DNA of 32,000 nucleotides. It comes from Nitrosomonas europaea. Its GTDB lineage: Bacteria; Pseudomonadota; Gammaproteobacteria; Burkholderiales; Nitrosomonadaceae. Position numbers and translations under genes: made by a program. The stretch spans positions 30,001 to 62,000 of the forward strand of contig NZ_FUWK01000003.1 of assembly GCF_900167395.1 (NCBI RefSeq), written 5' to 3'. Below are positions 1-9,122 of the stretch, one piece after another. A model generated the notes under the pieces. That model worked only from the letters and a program-made list of their open reading frames with translations. It was not told the origin of the DNA and searched no databases. Each line of letters starts with the position of its first letter. Position 1 is the first letter of the stretch.

Positions 1-713
1 ATTTCTTCATCGGTTTCTCCCAGTCCAAGCATCAGACCGGACTTGGTCGGGATATGAGGGAAAGCTGCCTTGAAATCCTTGAGCAGCTGTAATGAATGCA
101 TGTAATCTGCGCCCGGCCGGCATTGCTTATACAGGCGTGGTACGGTCTCCAGATTATGGTTCATCACGTCAGGCGGGCAGGCAGACAGTTTTTCCAGCGC
201 CACTTCCAGTCTGCCGCGAAAATCGGGGACGAGAATCTCGATCCGTGTTTGTGGAGACTGGGTACGAATTGCGCGGATACAGTCTGCAAAGTGTTGCGCA
301 CCGCCATCTCTGAGGTCATCACGGTCCACGCTGGTAATGACGACATAATTGAGCTTCAGTACCGCAATGGAATTGGCCAGGTGCATCGGCTCATCAGGAT
401 CGGGCGCATGAGGCCGGCCGTGTGCCACATCACAAAACGGGCAGCGTCTGGTGCACAGATCACCGAGTATCATGAATGTTGCTGTGCCACGACCGAAGCA
501 TTCCCCGATATTCGGGCAGGAGGCTTCCTCACAAACGGTATGTAATCTGTTTTCACGCAGCAGACGTTTTACTTCCAGATATTTCTGACTGTTGGATGAA
601 CGTACACGAATCCAGGAAGGCTTGCGCAATAACTGTCCGGATTGTTCCAGATCGATTTTGACCGGGTTGCGTGCCGTTTTGGCGGCACCTCGTTGATGGG
701 TGTCAGCGGCCAT
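1..713 (-). CDS. lipA: Lipoyl synthase (radical SAM), N-terminal ~237 codons. The 3' end runs off the left window edge.
   Basis: Absent from the ORF track because it has no in-window stop. My minus-strand translation from the ATG (plus-strand cat at 711-713) gives [24 protein letters not shown]...[12 protein letters not shown]...[17 protein letters not shown]...[16 protein letters not shown]...[11 protein letters not shown]. Both LipA cysteine clusters are present (CX4CX5C and radical-SAM CX3CX2C). It starts 19 nt after the lipB stop, as in the usual lipB-lipA pair. Confidence 0.93.
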
Positions 714-732
714 GAGTAATGGTTATCCTTTG

Positions 733-1347
733 TTAAACATCGGTTAGTTGATTAATGAAACTCTGTGCCAGTTTGGTGGCGAGCATCTCTTTGCAATCTG
801 CTATGCCAAGGTCTTTTGCCTGCGTAACACGCAAACCACGATAGCCGCAGGGGTTGATCGCGGTGAAGGGCGTAAGATCCATATCGGCATTGAAGGCTAT
901 GCCGTGATAGCAGGCTCCGCGTCTGATTTTCAGCCCCAAAGAGGCAATTTTGGCACCGTCGACGTAAACACCCGGCGCATTTTCATCGCCTTGTGCAACG
1001 ACATCATATTCGCTCAGCAAGTCTATCACGGCACCTTCCATTTTTCTGACCAGTTGTCTGATGTTCAGTCGCCAGCGATGCAAGTCCAGTAACAGGTAGA
1101 GAATGATCTGTCCCGGGCCGTGATAAGTGATTTGTCCGCCCCGGTCGGTTTTGATGACCGGGATCTGATTCGGGAAAAGCAGGTGTTCAGGTTTTCCGGC
1201 AATTCCCTGGGTGTAAACGGGCGGATGTTCCAGCAGCCAGATCTCATCCGGGGTTTCACAGGTGCGCTGGGCCGTAAAATTTTTCATGGCCTGCCAGGCA
1301 GTGAGGTACTCAGTGGTCCCCATATTTTTTACGGTAACGGTGAACAT
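733..1347 (-). CDS. lipB: Octanoyltransferase (lipoyl(octanoyl) transferase)
   Basis: 204-aa ORF. DEIWLLEHPPVYTQG, KTDRGGQITYHGPGQ and CYHGIAFN align with E. coli LipB. It lies directly upstream of lipA. Confidence 0.93.
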   Translation of the reverse strand: MFTVTVKNMGTTEYLTAWQAMKNFTAQRTCETPDEIWLLEHPPVYTQGIAGKPEHLLFPNQIPVIKTDRGGQITYHGPGQIILYLLLDLHRWRLNIRQLVRKMEGAVIDLLSEYDVVAQGDENAPGVYVDGAKIASLGLKIRRGACYHGIAFNADMDLTPFTAINPCGYRGLRVTQAKDLGIADCKEMLATKLAQSFINQLTDV

Positions 1348-1466
1348 ATTGCCTGTTGCCCGGTTTATGATTCAGCCCGTGAAAAATCATTCAGAGCTGA
1401 GCGTTTATCTTCTTGCAGATCAATTTCATTGCAGCAATGAGCATGAAGATTATTGGTATTGAATTG

Positions 1467-1612
1467 CTTAGGAACCTCTGAAAAACTGCCTGCGTTGCTA
1501 TTTCTGCGTTAAAAATCGGCTTAAAATGCTCATTTATACGTATAAACTCCGCTTTTTCGCCGATTTTGCCTTGAACTGACTACCTCGTCGACGTTTTTCA
1601 GAGGTTCCTTAG
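1467..1612. repeat. MITE-like nested palindromic element in the ybeD-lipB spacer
   Basis: Perfect 17-bp inverted repeat aggaacctctgaaaaac (1470-1486) / gtttttcagaggttcct (1593-1609). A 9-bp inner inverted repeat aaaatcggc (1512-1520) / gccgatttt (1559-1567). A central 14-bp perfect palindrome tttatacgtataaa (1533-1546). All three share one dyad axis at 1539/1540. If the terminal repeats are read as 15 bp (1472-1486 / 1593-1607), the element is flanked by the direct repeat CTTAG (1467-1471 and 1608-1612). If read as 16 bp, it is flanked by TTA (1468-1470 and 1609-1611). Confidence 0.6.
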
Positions 1613-1872
1613 AGCAGCATGGTTACCATTGGATGATCATGCAGTGCCTGATAGAGAGAATCCAGTTGTGTGCGTGAAGTTGCCTGAATTGTGCAGGTCA
1701 GGCTCAGATAAGCACCATTTCTGCTGGAACGAACTTCAAGGGTGGTGTCATCAAAATCAGGTGCATAGGTTTTGACGATACTCAGAACAGACTGAGTGAA
1801 TCCCTGTTGTGACTTTCCCATGATTTTTATCGGAAAATCGCAAGGATATTCAATGAGTGATTCTTCTGTCAT
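1609..1872 (-). CDS. ybeD: YbeD-family DUF493 small protein
   Basis: 87-aa ORF. EYPCDFPIKIMGK...C-terminal VTMLL parallels E. coli YbeD (EFPTPFTYKVMG...VRMVL). It holds the conserved position between dacA and lipB. Confidence 0.85.
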   Translation of the reverse strand: MTEESLIEYPCDFPIKIMGKSQQGFTQSVLSIVKTYAPDFDDTTLEVRSSRNGAYLSLTCTIQATSRTQLDSLYQALHDHPMVTMLL

Positions 1873-1881
1873 GGGATTGTA

Positions 1882-2742
1882 TTACTGGCGTGGAGCATGC
1901 CCGCGCATGACTTCCAGCTTATATGCCTGATAGAGCCGATCCAGTTGCTGAAATACTGGCCCTGGGGTGCCATTACCGATCGGTTGTCCATCCAGCTGTG
2001 TGATCGGGAGAATTTCTTTGGTGGAAGAAGTCAGCATGATTTCCCGTGCAGTACGTAACTCAAGCTCTGATATTTCTCTTGTCGCATGTGGAACACCATG
2101 TGTTTCAGCCAGTTCCAGTACTACATCATAAGTAATGCCAGGCAATATACGGTGATCTTTGGGGGGGGTCAGCAGCAGGTCGTCTTTTACGATGAAAATA
2201 TTGCTGGCGGCCCCTTCGGTCAACAGACCATCGCGTAACAGGATCGTTTCCATGGCTTGTGCGTCCACGGCAAGCTGGCGCAATAAGATATTTGGCAACA
2301 GTGAAATGGCTTTGATATCACAGCGCCCCCAGCGATTATCCCTGGCGGTAATCGCTGAAACTCCGGAAACGAGCAATTTTGCAGGTGGAGCCGGAAGCGG
2401 GTTGCTCATGATGAAGACAGTGGGCGTTACTTCGCGAGGAAAGGCATGGTCACGTTTTGCCACCCCGCGTGTAATGTGCAGGTAAAGGTACTGATCATCA
2501 CCTTCATTCAGCTCGATGATGCGTTCGATCAGACCAGCCCATTGTTCTTCAGTGTGCGGATTCTGGAGACGTATGCCATCCAGACTGTGCTGCAGCCGGG
2601 AAAGATGTTCGCCCAGCCGGAACGGTTTACGTGAATAAACCGGTATGACTTCATAGACACCATCACCGAAGATGAAGCCTCTATCCAGCACTGGAACGGT
2701 AGCCTGTTCCATCGGCAGAAATTTGCCATTGAGGTAAATCAT
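1882..2742 (-). CDS. dat: D-amino-acid (D-alanine) transaminase, fold-type IV PLP enzyme
   Basis: 286-aa ORF. RGFIFGDGVYEVIPVY, RWGRCDIKAISLLPNIL (catalytic Lys), EGAASNIFIVKD, ILPGITYDVV and LTSSTKEILPITQLDG each match blocks of Bacillus Dat. Confidence 0.85.
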   Translation of the reverse strand: MIYLNGKFLPMEQATVPVLDRGFIFGDGVYEVIPVYSRKPFRLGEHLSRLQHSLDGIRLQNPHTEEQWAGLIERIIELNEGDDQYLYLHITRGVAKRDHAFPREVTPTVFIMSNPLPAPPAKLLVSGVSAITARDNRWGRCDIKAISLLPNILLRQLAVDAQAMETILLRDGLLTEGAASNIFIVKDDLLLTPPKDHRILPGITYDVVLELAETHGVPHATREISELELRTAREIMLTSSTKEILPITQLDGQPIGNGTPGPVFQQLDRLYQAYKLEVMRGHAPRQ

Positions 2743-2765
2743 GTCTGTTTTTATTGTCTGCGTGG

Positions 2766-3887
2766 TTAGTTGAACAGCATTTTAAGGTTATCCCAGGAAC
2801 GCCCGAGGAAACTGGCAGTATCGACGGTCTCCAGTGCAACCAGTGGGTAGGTGGCTATTTCCTGTCCATCCAGGATGAACTTTACCATTCCCACTTCCCG
2901 GCCACGATCGATCGGGGCAATGAGCGGCTGACGGTATTCCATCCGGGCCTTCAATCCCTCGACTTTGCCTTTGGGGAGCGAGAAATAGATATCCCGGTCA
3001 AATCCGACCTTGAGTTTATTCTGTGCGCCTTTCCAGATTTGAACATTGGCCACGGGCTGATCTTTCTTATAGGGGTGAGCGGTATCGAAAAACTGGAATC
3101 CGTAATTCAGCAGGCGCTGGCTTTCGATACTGCGGGCATTGGGAGAAGCGGTGCCCATTACCACAGAGATGAGACGCCGCTGATCACGTTTTGCTGAAGT
3201 TACCAGGCAGTACCCGGCAGCTTCCGTCCACCCCGTTTTCATGCCATCGACATTGGGATCCGTCCACAGGAGACGATTGCGGTTTTGCTGGGTAATGCCA
3301 TTGTAAGTATATTCACGCAAGGAATAGAGCGGATAGCGTTCTGGAAAATCTCTGATAATGGCTGCAGCCAGTAGAGCCAGATCATGTGCAGTGCTGTAAT
3401 GATCAGAATGAGTCAGACCGGTTGAGTTCGTGAAATGGGTGTTGTGCATGCCCAGGCGTTTTGCTTCCTCGTTCATCATGTGCACAAACAGATCTTCTGA
3501 ACCGGCAATTAGTTCTGCCAGTGCAACGCAGGCATCATTTCCCGACTGCACGATAACACCATGGATCAATTCATCGACAGTGACCTGTTTATTGGGCTCG
3601 ATAAACATGCGTGAACCCACCATGCGCCACGATCGGTTGGAAACAGGAACGACCTGGTCTATCTTGATCCGTTCCTGTTGCAAAGCGGAGAAGACGACAT
3701 AAGCCGTCATCAGCTTAGTGAGTGAAGCCGGATCCAATCGTTCATGCGGGTTGGAACTGGCGAGTGTCTGGCTGCTATGAAAATCGATCAGAATGAAAGA
3801 TTTGGCTGCAACTGCCAGTTCCGGCTGCTGTGACCATGCCGGAGAAATTGTCGCCAATAAAAACAGAGAGAAAATGAACTGTTTCAT
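2766..3887 (-). CDS. dacA: D-alanyl-D-alanine carboxypeptidase (class C low-MW PBP, PBP5/6-like)
   Basis: SxxK (SLTKLMT), SxN (QSGND) and KTG (MKTGWT) motifs, plus a PBP5-type C-terminal domain. I prefer the ATG at 3887 (MKQFIFSLFLLATISPAWS/QQ, a clean signal peptide) over the track start at 3923. Neither start has a strong SD. Confidence 0.88.
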   Translation of the reverse strand: MKQFIFSLFLLATISPAWSQQPELAVAAKSFILIDFHSSQTLASSNPHERLDPASLTKLMTAYVVFSALQQERIKIDQVVPVSNRSWRMVGSRMFIEPNKQVTVDELIHGVIVQSGNDACVALAELIAGSEDLFVHMMNEEAKRLGMHNTHFTNSTGLTHSDHYSTAHDLALLAAAIIRDFPERYPLYSLREYTYNGITQQNRNRLLWTDPNVDGMKTGWTEAAGYCLVTSAKRDQRRLISVVMGTASPNARSIESQRLLNYGFQFFDTAHPYKKDQPVANVQIWKGAQNKLKVGFDRDIYFSLPKGKVEGLKARMEYRQPLIAPIDRGREVGMVKFILDGQEIATYPLVALETVDTASFLGRSWDNLKMLFN

Positions 3888-4045
3888 GAGAATCTGCAAA
3901 AGTTTGATTATAACTCGCGTCATGGATTTCTTGAATCGAACAGTATTATCCTGTGTTTACCGGTGGCAGTGTAAAGAAGGTGAGTCGAGTTGCTGTAACT
4001 GCGAAACATAGCGGTTGTTGTTTCCCGGTCCCTTCTATCCTGAAT

Positions 4046-4074
4046 TTGACTTTATCTACAGGGTGACTCATAAT
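4046..4074 (+). promoter_or_regulatory. Putative sigma70 promoter of rplM-rpsI
   Basis: TTGACT (4046-4051), a 17-nt spacer, then CATAAT (4069-4074), about 40 nt upstream of the rplM GTG start. Confidence 0.5.
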
Positions 4075-4111
4075 TCGAGGTTATCTTGTACCCAAAAACA
4101 AAGGAAAATCA

Positions 4112-4546
4112 GTGAAGACCTTTTCTGCCAAACCACATGAAGTAAGGCATGAGTGGTTTGTGGTTGATGCAACCGACAAAGTTCTGGGCAGACTGGCTGC
4201 AGCAATTGCCCATCGCTTGCGAGGTAAACATAAGCCTATTTATACACCGCATGTCGACACGGGTGATTATATCGTGGTCATTAACGCCGACAAGCTCAGA
4301 GTGACCGGTAACAAGGCTGAAGATAAGAAATATTATCGCCACAGTGGCTACCCTGGGGGTATTTACGAGACCACTTTCAAGAAAATGCATGAGCGTTTTC
4401 CCACCAGGCCGCTTGAAAAAGCTGTAAAAGGTATGTTGCCCAAGGGTCCGCTTGGTTATGCCATGATAAAAAAACTGAAAATCTATGCTGGAGATACTCA
4501 TCCTCATGCGGCTCAGCAACCGCAACCACTGGAAATTAACGCTTAA
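4112..4546 (+). CDS. rplM: 50S ribosomal protein L13
   Basis: GTG start preceded by [34 protein letters not shown]...GMLPKGPLG aligns along its whole length with E. coli L13. Confidence 0.97.
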   Translation: MKTFSAKPHEVRHEWFVVDATDKVLGRLAAAIAHRLRGKHKPIYTPHVDTGDYIVVINADKLRVTGNKAEDKKYYRHSGYPGGIYETTFKKMHERFPTRPLEKAVKGMLPKGPLGYAMIKKLKIYAGDTHPHAAQQPQPLEINA

Positions 4547-4557
4547 TCTGATAAATC

Positions 4558-4950
4558 ATGGCTATTCAATATAATTACGGAACCGGTCGCAGAAAAAGTG
4601 CAGTTGCACGGGTTTTTATCAAACCGGGCACAGGTGTCATCACAGTAAATCATAAACCTGCTGATGAATATTTTTCCCGTGAAACAGGGCGGATGATTAT
4701 CCGCCAGCCTCTGGAACTGACTGGAAATACCTCTAATCTGGATATCATGGTCAATATTCACGGGGGGGGTGAGTCAGGGCAGGCCGGAGCAGTCAGACAT
4801 GGTATCACCCGTGCGCTGATCGGTTATGATGAGACACTGAAACCGATTCTGAGCAAAGCTGGTTTTGTGACAAGAGATGCGCGTGAAGTAGAGCGGAAAA
4901 AGGTTGGTTTACGTAAAGCGAGGCGTCGCAAGCAGTTTTCCAAACGTTGA
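4558..4950 (+). CDS. rpsI: 30S ribosomal protein S9
   Basis: 130 aa. [13 protein letters not shown]...[19 protein letters not shown]...[18 protein letters not shown] is the canonical S9 signature. It starts 11 nt after rplM. Confidence 0.97.
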
Positions 4951-4977
4951 TCGCCATTATTTTCAGAATATGCTGGA

Positions 4978-5006
4978 AAGCCGCCATTTCATGGGCGGCT
5001 TTTTTG
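4978..5006 (+). terminator. Rho-independent terminator after rpsI
   Basis: aagccgcc-atttcatg-ggcggctt stem-loop followed by a run of six T (5000-5005). Confidence 0.75.
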
Positions 5007-5091
5007 TATCGGGTTTTGTATGTGGCACGCAGTAACGGGTATCTGCTATTCCTTGGTGGATAATTAACTTTCTGGTCGTTATTTCTCAGAG

Positions 5092-6120
5092 ATGATCAAT
5101 GCTGGCATTGTAGGTGGAACAGGTTATACAGGCGTCGAGCTGTTACGTATTCTCGTACAGCATCCGAAAGTCAAACTTAAAGTCATTACATCCCGACAGG
5201 AAGCAGGTACGGGAGTGGATGAACTTTTTTCCAGTTTACGCGGGCAGATTGCGCTCAAGTTCAGTGATCCGGCGAAAGTGGATTTCAGCAAGTGTGATGT
5301 CGTTTTTTTTGCAACTCCCAATGGGATTGCCATGCAGCAGGCAAAAGCTTTACTCGATTCAGGAATAAAAGTGATTGACCTGGCTGCTGATTTTCGTATC
5401 AAGGATGTTGCTGAGTGGGAAAAATGGTATGGCATGACGCATGCCGCTCCTGAGCTGGTAGCCGAAGCCGTTTACGGTTTGCCTGAAGTCAACCGGGAAA
5501 AAATCCGGGATGCACGATTGATTGCCAACCCCGGTTGCTATCCAACCGCAGTGCAGTTGGGTTTTATTCCGCTGATCGAAGCGGGGGCAGTAGATGCGGA
5601 TCATCTGATTGCAGATACCAAATCAGGTGTTTCCGGAGCAGGTCGCAAAGCCGAAATACATACCTTATATGCGGAAGCATCAGATAACTTCAAATCTTAT
5701 GCTGTGCCAGGACATCGCCATTTGCCCGAAATCAGGCAGGGACTGTCCGAGAGATCGAATGGGCCGATCGGATTGACCTTCGTGCCTCACCTGACTCCGA
5801 TGATCCGGGGGATTCATGCCACACTCTACGCAAGGCTGACCAGAGATGTCGATTTGCAAACCCTGTATGAAAACCGTTATGCCAATGAGCCCTTTGTCGA
5901 TGTGCTTCCTGCCGGCAGCCATCCGGAAACCCGCTCGGTACGTGGTTCAAATTTTTGCCGGATTGCAGTTCATCGTCCGGGGAATGGTGATACCGCAGTG
6001 ATACTCTCGGTTACCGATAATTTGGTTAAAGGTGCTGCCGGCCAGGCCGTTCAGAACATGAATATTATGTATGGATTACCGGAAACGACCGGTATCCGGC
6101 ATGTTCCGCTGCTGCCTTAG
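5092..6120 (+). CDS. argC: N-acetyl-gamma-glutamyl-phosphate reductase
   Basis: 342 aa. N-terminal [14 protein letters not shown] Rossmann motif, active-site ANPGCYPT and C-terminal [16 protein letters not shown]. Confidence 0.95.
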   Translation: MINAGIVGGTGYTGVELLRILVQHPKVKLKVITSRQEAGTGVDELFSSLRGQIALKFSDPAKVDFSKCDVVFFATPNGIAMQQAKALLDSGIKVIDLAADFRIKDVAEWEKWYGMTHAAPELVAEAVYGLPEVNREKIRDARLIANPGCYPTAVQLGFIPLIEAGAVDADHLIADTKSGVSGAGRKAEIHTLYAEASDNFKSYAVPGHRHLPEIRQGLSERSNGPIGLTFVPHLTPMIRGIHATLYARLTRDVDLQTLYENRYANEPFVDVLPAGSHPETRSVRGSNFCRIAVHRPGNGDTAVILSVTDNLVKGAAGQAVQNMNIMYGLPETTGIRHVPLLP

Positions 6121-6216
6121 TCAGTGTACTGATAAGTGAAGTAGCTGAAGAAATATCGTGTTGCGAATAGTGCAAGCGTAAGCCTTTCAGAAATTTCCAG
6201 GAGCCGAGGGAGAAAA

Positions 6217-6990
6217 TTGCTGCATAACAGACAAAGCATCAGCGCACCTAAGCTGGTTGTGCGCCCTCATGTTCCCTGGTACCGGCGTTTGCTGATGTCA
6301 TTTGTCGGGTTGTTGCTGATAGCCCTGTTGGCCTATGGAATGTATGTCATCGGGCAAAGTACAGCTCAGCCGGCCGGTAACATTACGGTTACGGCTGATC
6401 CCGTGCTCGAGCAAATCCTTGAATCGAACAGCTGCCTGGAAAAATACGATACTGCGCTTTGTTCGCAGCTTGCGGAGCTTGTCAGACAGTTGCAGATCGG
6501 TAATGCTACTCGTGCGGACCTGGTAAAGCAGGTCAAATCCCTGGATGAGGAAAATGAGCGGCTGAGGGAGGATTTAACCTTGTTCCAGCAGATGATTTCC
6601 GGAAATGAGGAATCCTCCAATGTGGAACTTATCATTCACCGTTTTTCATTGGAAGCGGGCCAACTCCCAGGTGAGTATCTGTATACATTGTTGCTTGCTC
6701 AGGGAGGCCAGCGTTTAAAAGAATTCAGTGGCAAGCTCGAATTTGTGGTTGGGTTGCTTCAAAATGGTGAGGAGAAGTTCATCTCACTCGTGGATGAGAA
6801 TGCTTCCAAAGAGTTTCCTATCAATTTTCGCTTTTATCACAGGTTGGAGAAAAGTTTCCAGATACCGGCAGATACGGTAGTGAAGAGTCTGCAGGTTTTT
6901 ATTTATGAGAACGGCTCGAGTAAGGCAGTATTAACGAAGACGATCCAGTTACCTTTAAAGGAATCGGAGCATGTTCGGAAGAAAACATAA
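6217..6990 (+). CDS. Uncharacterised bitopic membrane protein: N-terminal TM helix, coiled coil, beta-rich C-terminal domain. Possibly the DUF6776 family.
   Basis: TTG start preceded by GGGAGA. One hydrophobic helix (LLMSFVGLLLIALLAYGMYVI) and a heptad-like segment (LAELVRQLQ...LVKQVKSLDEENERLREDLTLFQQMI). The 3' end overlaps the bactofilin gene by 20 nt. The family name is from memory and was not searched. Confidence 0.7.
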   Translation: MLHNRQSISAPKLVVRPHVPWYRRLLMSFVGLLLIALLAYGMYVIGQSTAQPAGNITVTADPVLEQILESNSCLEKYDTALCSQLAELVRQLQIGNATRADLVKQVKSLDEENERLREDLTLFQQMISGNEESSNVELIIHRFSLEAGQLPGEYLYTLLLAQGGQRLKEFSGKLEFVVGLLQNGEEKFISLVDENASKEFPINFRFYHRLEKSFQIPADTVVKSLQVFIYENGSSKAVLTKTIQLPLKESEHVRKKT

Positions 6991-7402
6991 AATAGTCAGT
7001 GATATCAATACATTGATTGGGGAAGGCACCGTAATTACTGGCGATATTCATTTTTCTGGCGGGCTGCGTGTGGATGGTCGTATTTGTGGCAGCATCGTGT
7101 CGGCAAATGGTAAACAACATTCCTTGTTGGTGCTCAGTGAGCAGGGGATGGTCGAAGGAAAAATCAAAGTGCCGTATATCGTCATCAATGGCACAGTGAG
7201 AGGGCCGATTCATTGCGATGAAAGCCTCGAACTGCAGCCCGCAGCGAAAATTAGCGGGGATATTTTCTATAAAACCATCAAAATTCATCAGGGAGCGGTT
7301 ATTGAGGGGAAAATGGTCTGTACCGAGACTTCTCAACCGGAGCTGATCACATACGTTGCTTCCGCCGAGGAATCCAAAGGGCAACAGGAGAGTACGGAGT
7401 AG
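6971..7402 (+). CDS. Bactofilin (polymer-forming cytoskeletal protein, DUF583/CcmA family)
   Basis: 143 aa. IGEGTVITGDIHFSGGLRVDGRICGSI...VEGKIKVPYIVINGTVRGPIHC...ISGDIFYKTIKIHQGAVIEGKM is the repetitive beta-helix pattern of bactofilins. The basic N-terminal MFGRKHK resembles the bactofilin membrane-targeting motif. GGAG lies 2 nt upstream of the ATG. Confidence 0.85.
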   Translation: MFGRKHKIVSDINTLIGEGTVITGDIHFSGGLRVDGRICGSIVSANGKQHSLLVLSEQGMVEGKIKVPYIVINGTVRGPIHCDESLELQPAAKISGDIFYKTIKIHQGAVIEGKMVCTETSQPELITYVASAEESKGQQESTE

Positions 7403-7431
7403 TTTTATTTTCAGAGCCGGATTCCGCCTGC

Positions 7432-9117
7432 TCAAGTCGATTGATTCTGTTTATCGTATCCCAGCATTTCTGCTGCGTGCTGACGCGTGGCGGCAGTCAG
7501 ATTTTCACCGCCCAGCATCCGAGCAATTTCTTCGGTTCTTTCTGCTGCATCCAGTTCTGAAATATGGCTTGCCGGCAGTTGCTCATCTTCTGTCTCGGAG
7601 GTTTTGGATACGCGCCAGTGATGATCTCCTCTGGCTGCAACTTGTGGGAGATGTGTGATGCTCATTACCTGTCGCGTTTTTCCCAGTTGCTGGAGCAATT
7701 TGCCTACTATTGCGGCAATGCGCCCGCCTATTCCGGTATCGACTTCATCGAAAATCAGAGTGGGGACAGTGCCGGCTTTGCTGGTAATGACCTGGATTGC
7801 CAGGCTGATACGTGAGAGTTCACCGCCGGAGGCTACTTTATTCAGCGGGCGTAAGGGCAGATCCCGGTGGGCCGACACCTGAAACTCGATCTGTTCCATG
7901 CCGTGCAGATTACCCGAGGGTATCGGGATCAATGCCACATTGAAGCGGCCTCCTGCCATTGCCAGAGTTTGCATGGTTTCCGTGACCAAGCCAGACAATT
8001 GATCTGCGGCGTGCTGCCTTGCTTGACTCAACCTGGCGGCGAGATTCTCAAAATTATTCCTGGCAGATTTCTCTGCTTTCATCAGTGCTTCGCTGCTTGC
8101 TGCATTTTCCAATGATTCCAGGCGTTGTCTGGTTGTTTCCAGTAAATCCGGCAGTATTTCCGGCATGATACGGTATTTTCTGGCTGTTCCATGAATGGCT
8201 GCAATGCGTGTTTCTGTTTCCTGCAGTCTGCGGGGGTCGATATCAAGGTGCTGCTGATAACGTTTCAATTCATATACGATTTCCTGCAGTTGTATCTGAG
8301 CTGATTGCAACTGGTTGCAGAGGGGTTCGAGTGTGTTGTCGATATCGATCAGGCTGTTCAGGCGGGTGAGCACCGTGCTGAGTTGCGCCAGTACCGCCGT
8401 TTCATTTTCCGATAATGATTCCAGGCTGAATTGTGCGGTTTCCAGCAGGCTTGCAGTATGTGTCAGCCGATTATGTTCGATTTGCAGATTTTCCCATTCT
8501 TCCAGTGAGAAATTCAGGGCGGCCAGTTCCTGGAGTTGCCACGTCAGGGTTTCGTGCTCCTGCAAATTTTGTTCGCTGTGCTGTTCCCATGCGAGTCTTT
8601 GCTGGCACAGATCCTGCCAGTGCCGGTAAGCGGAGGCTACTTCCCGGGCAAGATTCGATTCACCTGCCCAGGCATCGAGCAATTCACATTGCTTGTGGCC
8701 GTGCATCAGCAACTGATGGGCATGTTGGCCGTGAATATCGACCAGCCATTCACCAACCGTGCGTAATTGCTGGAGGGTGGCAGGGTGTCCGTTGATGAAG
8801 TTGCGTGAACGTCCACCCGATTCCATGATTTTGCGCAACAGACATATACCGGTTTCATCTTCCAGTGCATTTTCCACTAACCACTCCTGTAAAGCAGGGA
8901 TAGTGTTTACGGAGAATTGTGCAGTAATTTCAGCACGTTTACAGCCATATCTGATTTGACTCGTATCAGCCCGTCTTCCCAGTACGAGTTCCAGCGCATC
9001 GATCAGAATGGATTTTCCTGCGCCGGTTTCGCCAGTCAGAACTGTAAAACCTGATTTGAAATGCAGATCAATATGGTCAACGATGATGAAATTGCGAATA
9101 GACAGATTTTGCAGCAT
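7432..9117 (-). CDS. recN: DNA repair protein RecN (SMC-like ATPase)
   Basis: 561 aa. Walker A GETGAGKS, long central coiled coil, signature SGGELSRISLA and Walker B LIFDEVD. Confidence 0.95.
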   Translation of the reverse strand: MLQNLSIRNFIIVDHIDLHFKSGFTVLTGETGAGKSILIDALELVLGRRADTSQIRYGCKRAEITAQFSVNTIPALQEWLVENALEDETGICLLRKIMESGGRSRNFINGHPATLQQLRTVGEWLVDIHGQHAHQLLMHGHKQCELLDAWAGESNLAREVASAYRHWQDLCQQRLAWEQHSEQNLQEHETLTWQLQELAALNFSLEEWENLQIEHNRLTHTASLLETAQFSLESLSENETAVLAQLSTVLTRLNSLIDIDNTLEPLCNQLQSAQIQLQEIVYELKRYQQHLDIDPRRLQETETRIAAIHGTARKYRIMPEILPDLLETTRQRLESLENAASSEALMKAEKSARNNFENLAARLSQARQHAADQLSGLVTETMQTLAMAGGRFNVALIPIPSGNLHGMEQIEFQVSAHRDLPLRPLNKVASGGELSRISLAIQVITSKAGTVPTLIFDEVDTGIGGRIAAIVGKLLQQLGKTRQVMSITHLPQVAARGDHHWRVSKTSETEDEQLPASHISELDAAERTEEIARMLGGENLTAATRQHAAEMLGYDKQNQST

Positions 9118-9122
9118 GGAGA

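Noticed and set aside
4061-4090. dif-like sequence (gtgactcataa-ttcgagg-ttatcttgta), noticed because xerD is in the window
   Set aside because: The spacer would be 7 nt rather than 6. The XerD arm matches TTATGTTAAA at only about 7 of 10 positions, and the XerC arm is poor. The stretch is better explained as the -10 region and leader of the rplM promoter.
5053-5063. DnaA-box-like 9-mer (ggtggataa, 8/9 to TGTGGATAA) upstream of argC
   Set aside because: It is a single imperfect box with no cluster, no AT-rich unwinding element and no dnaA/dnaN context. Chance occurrence is likely.
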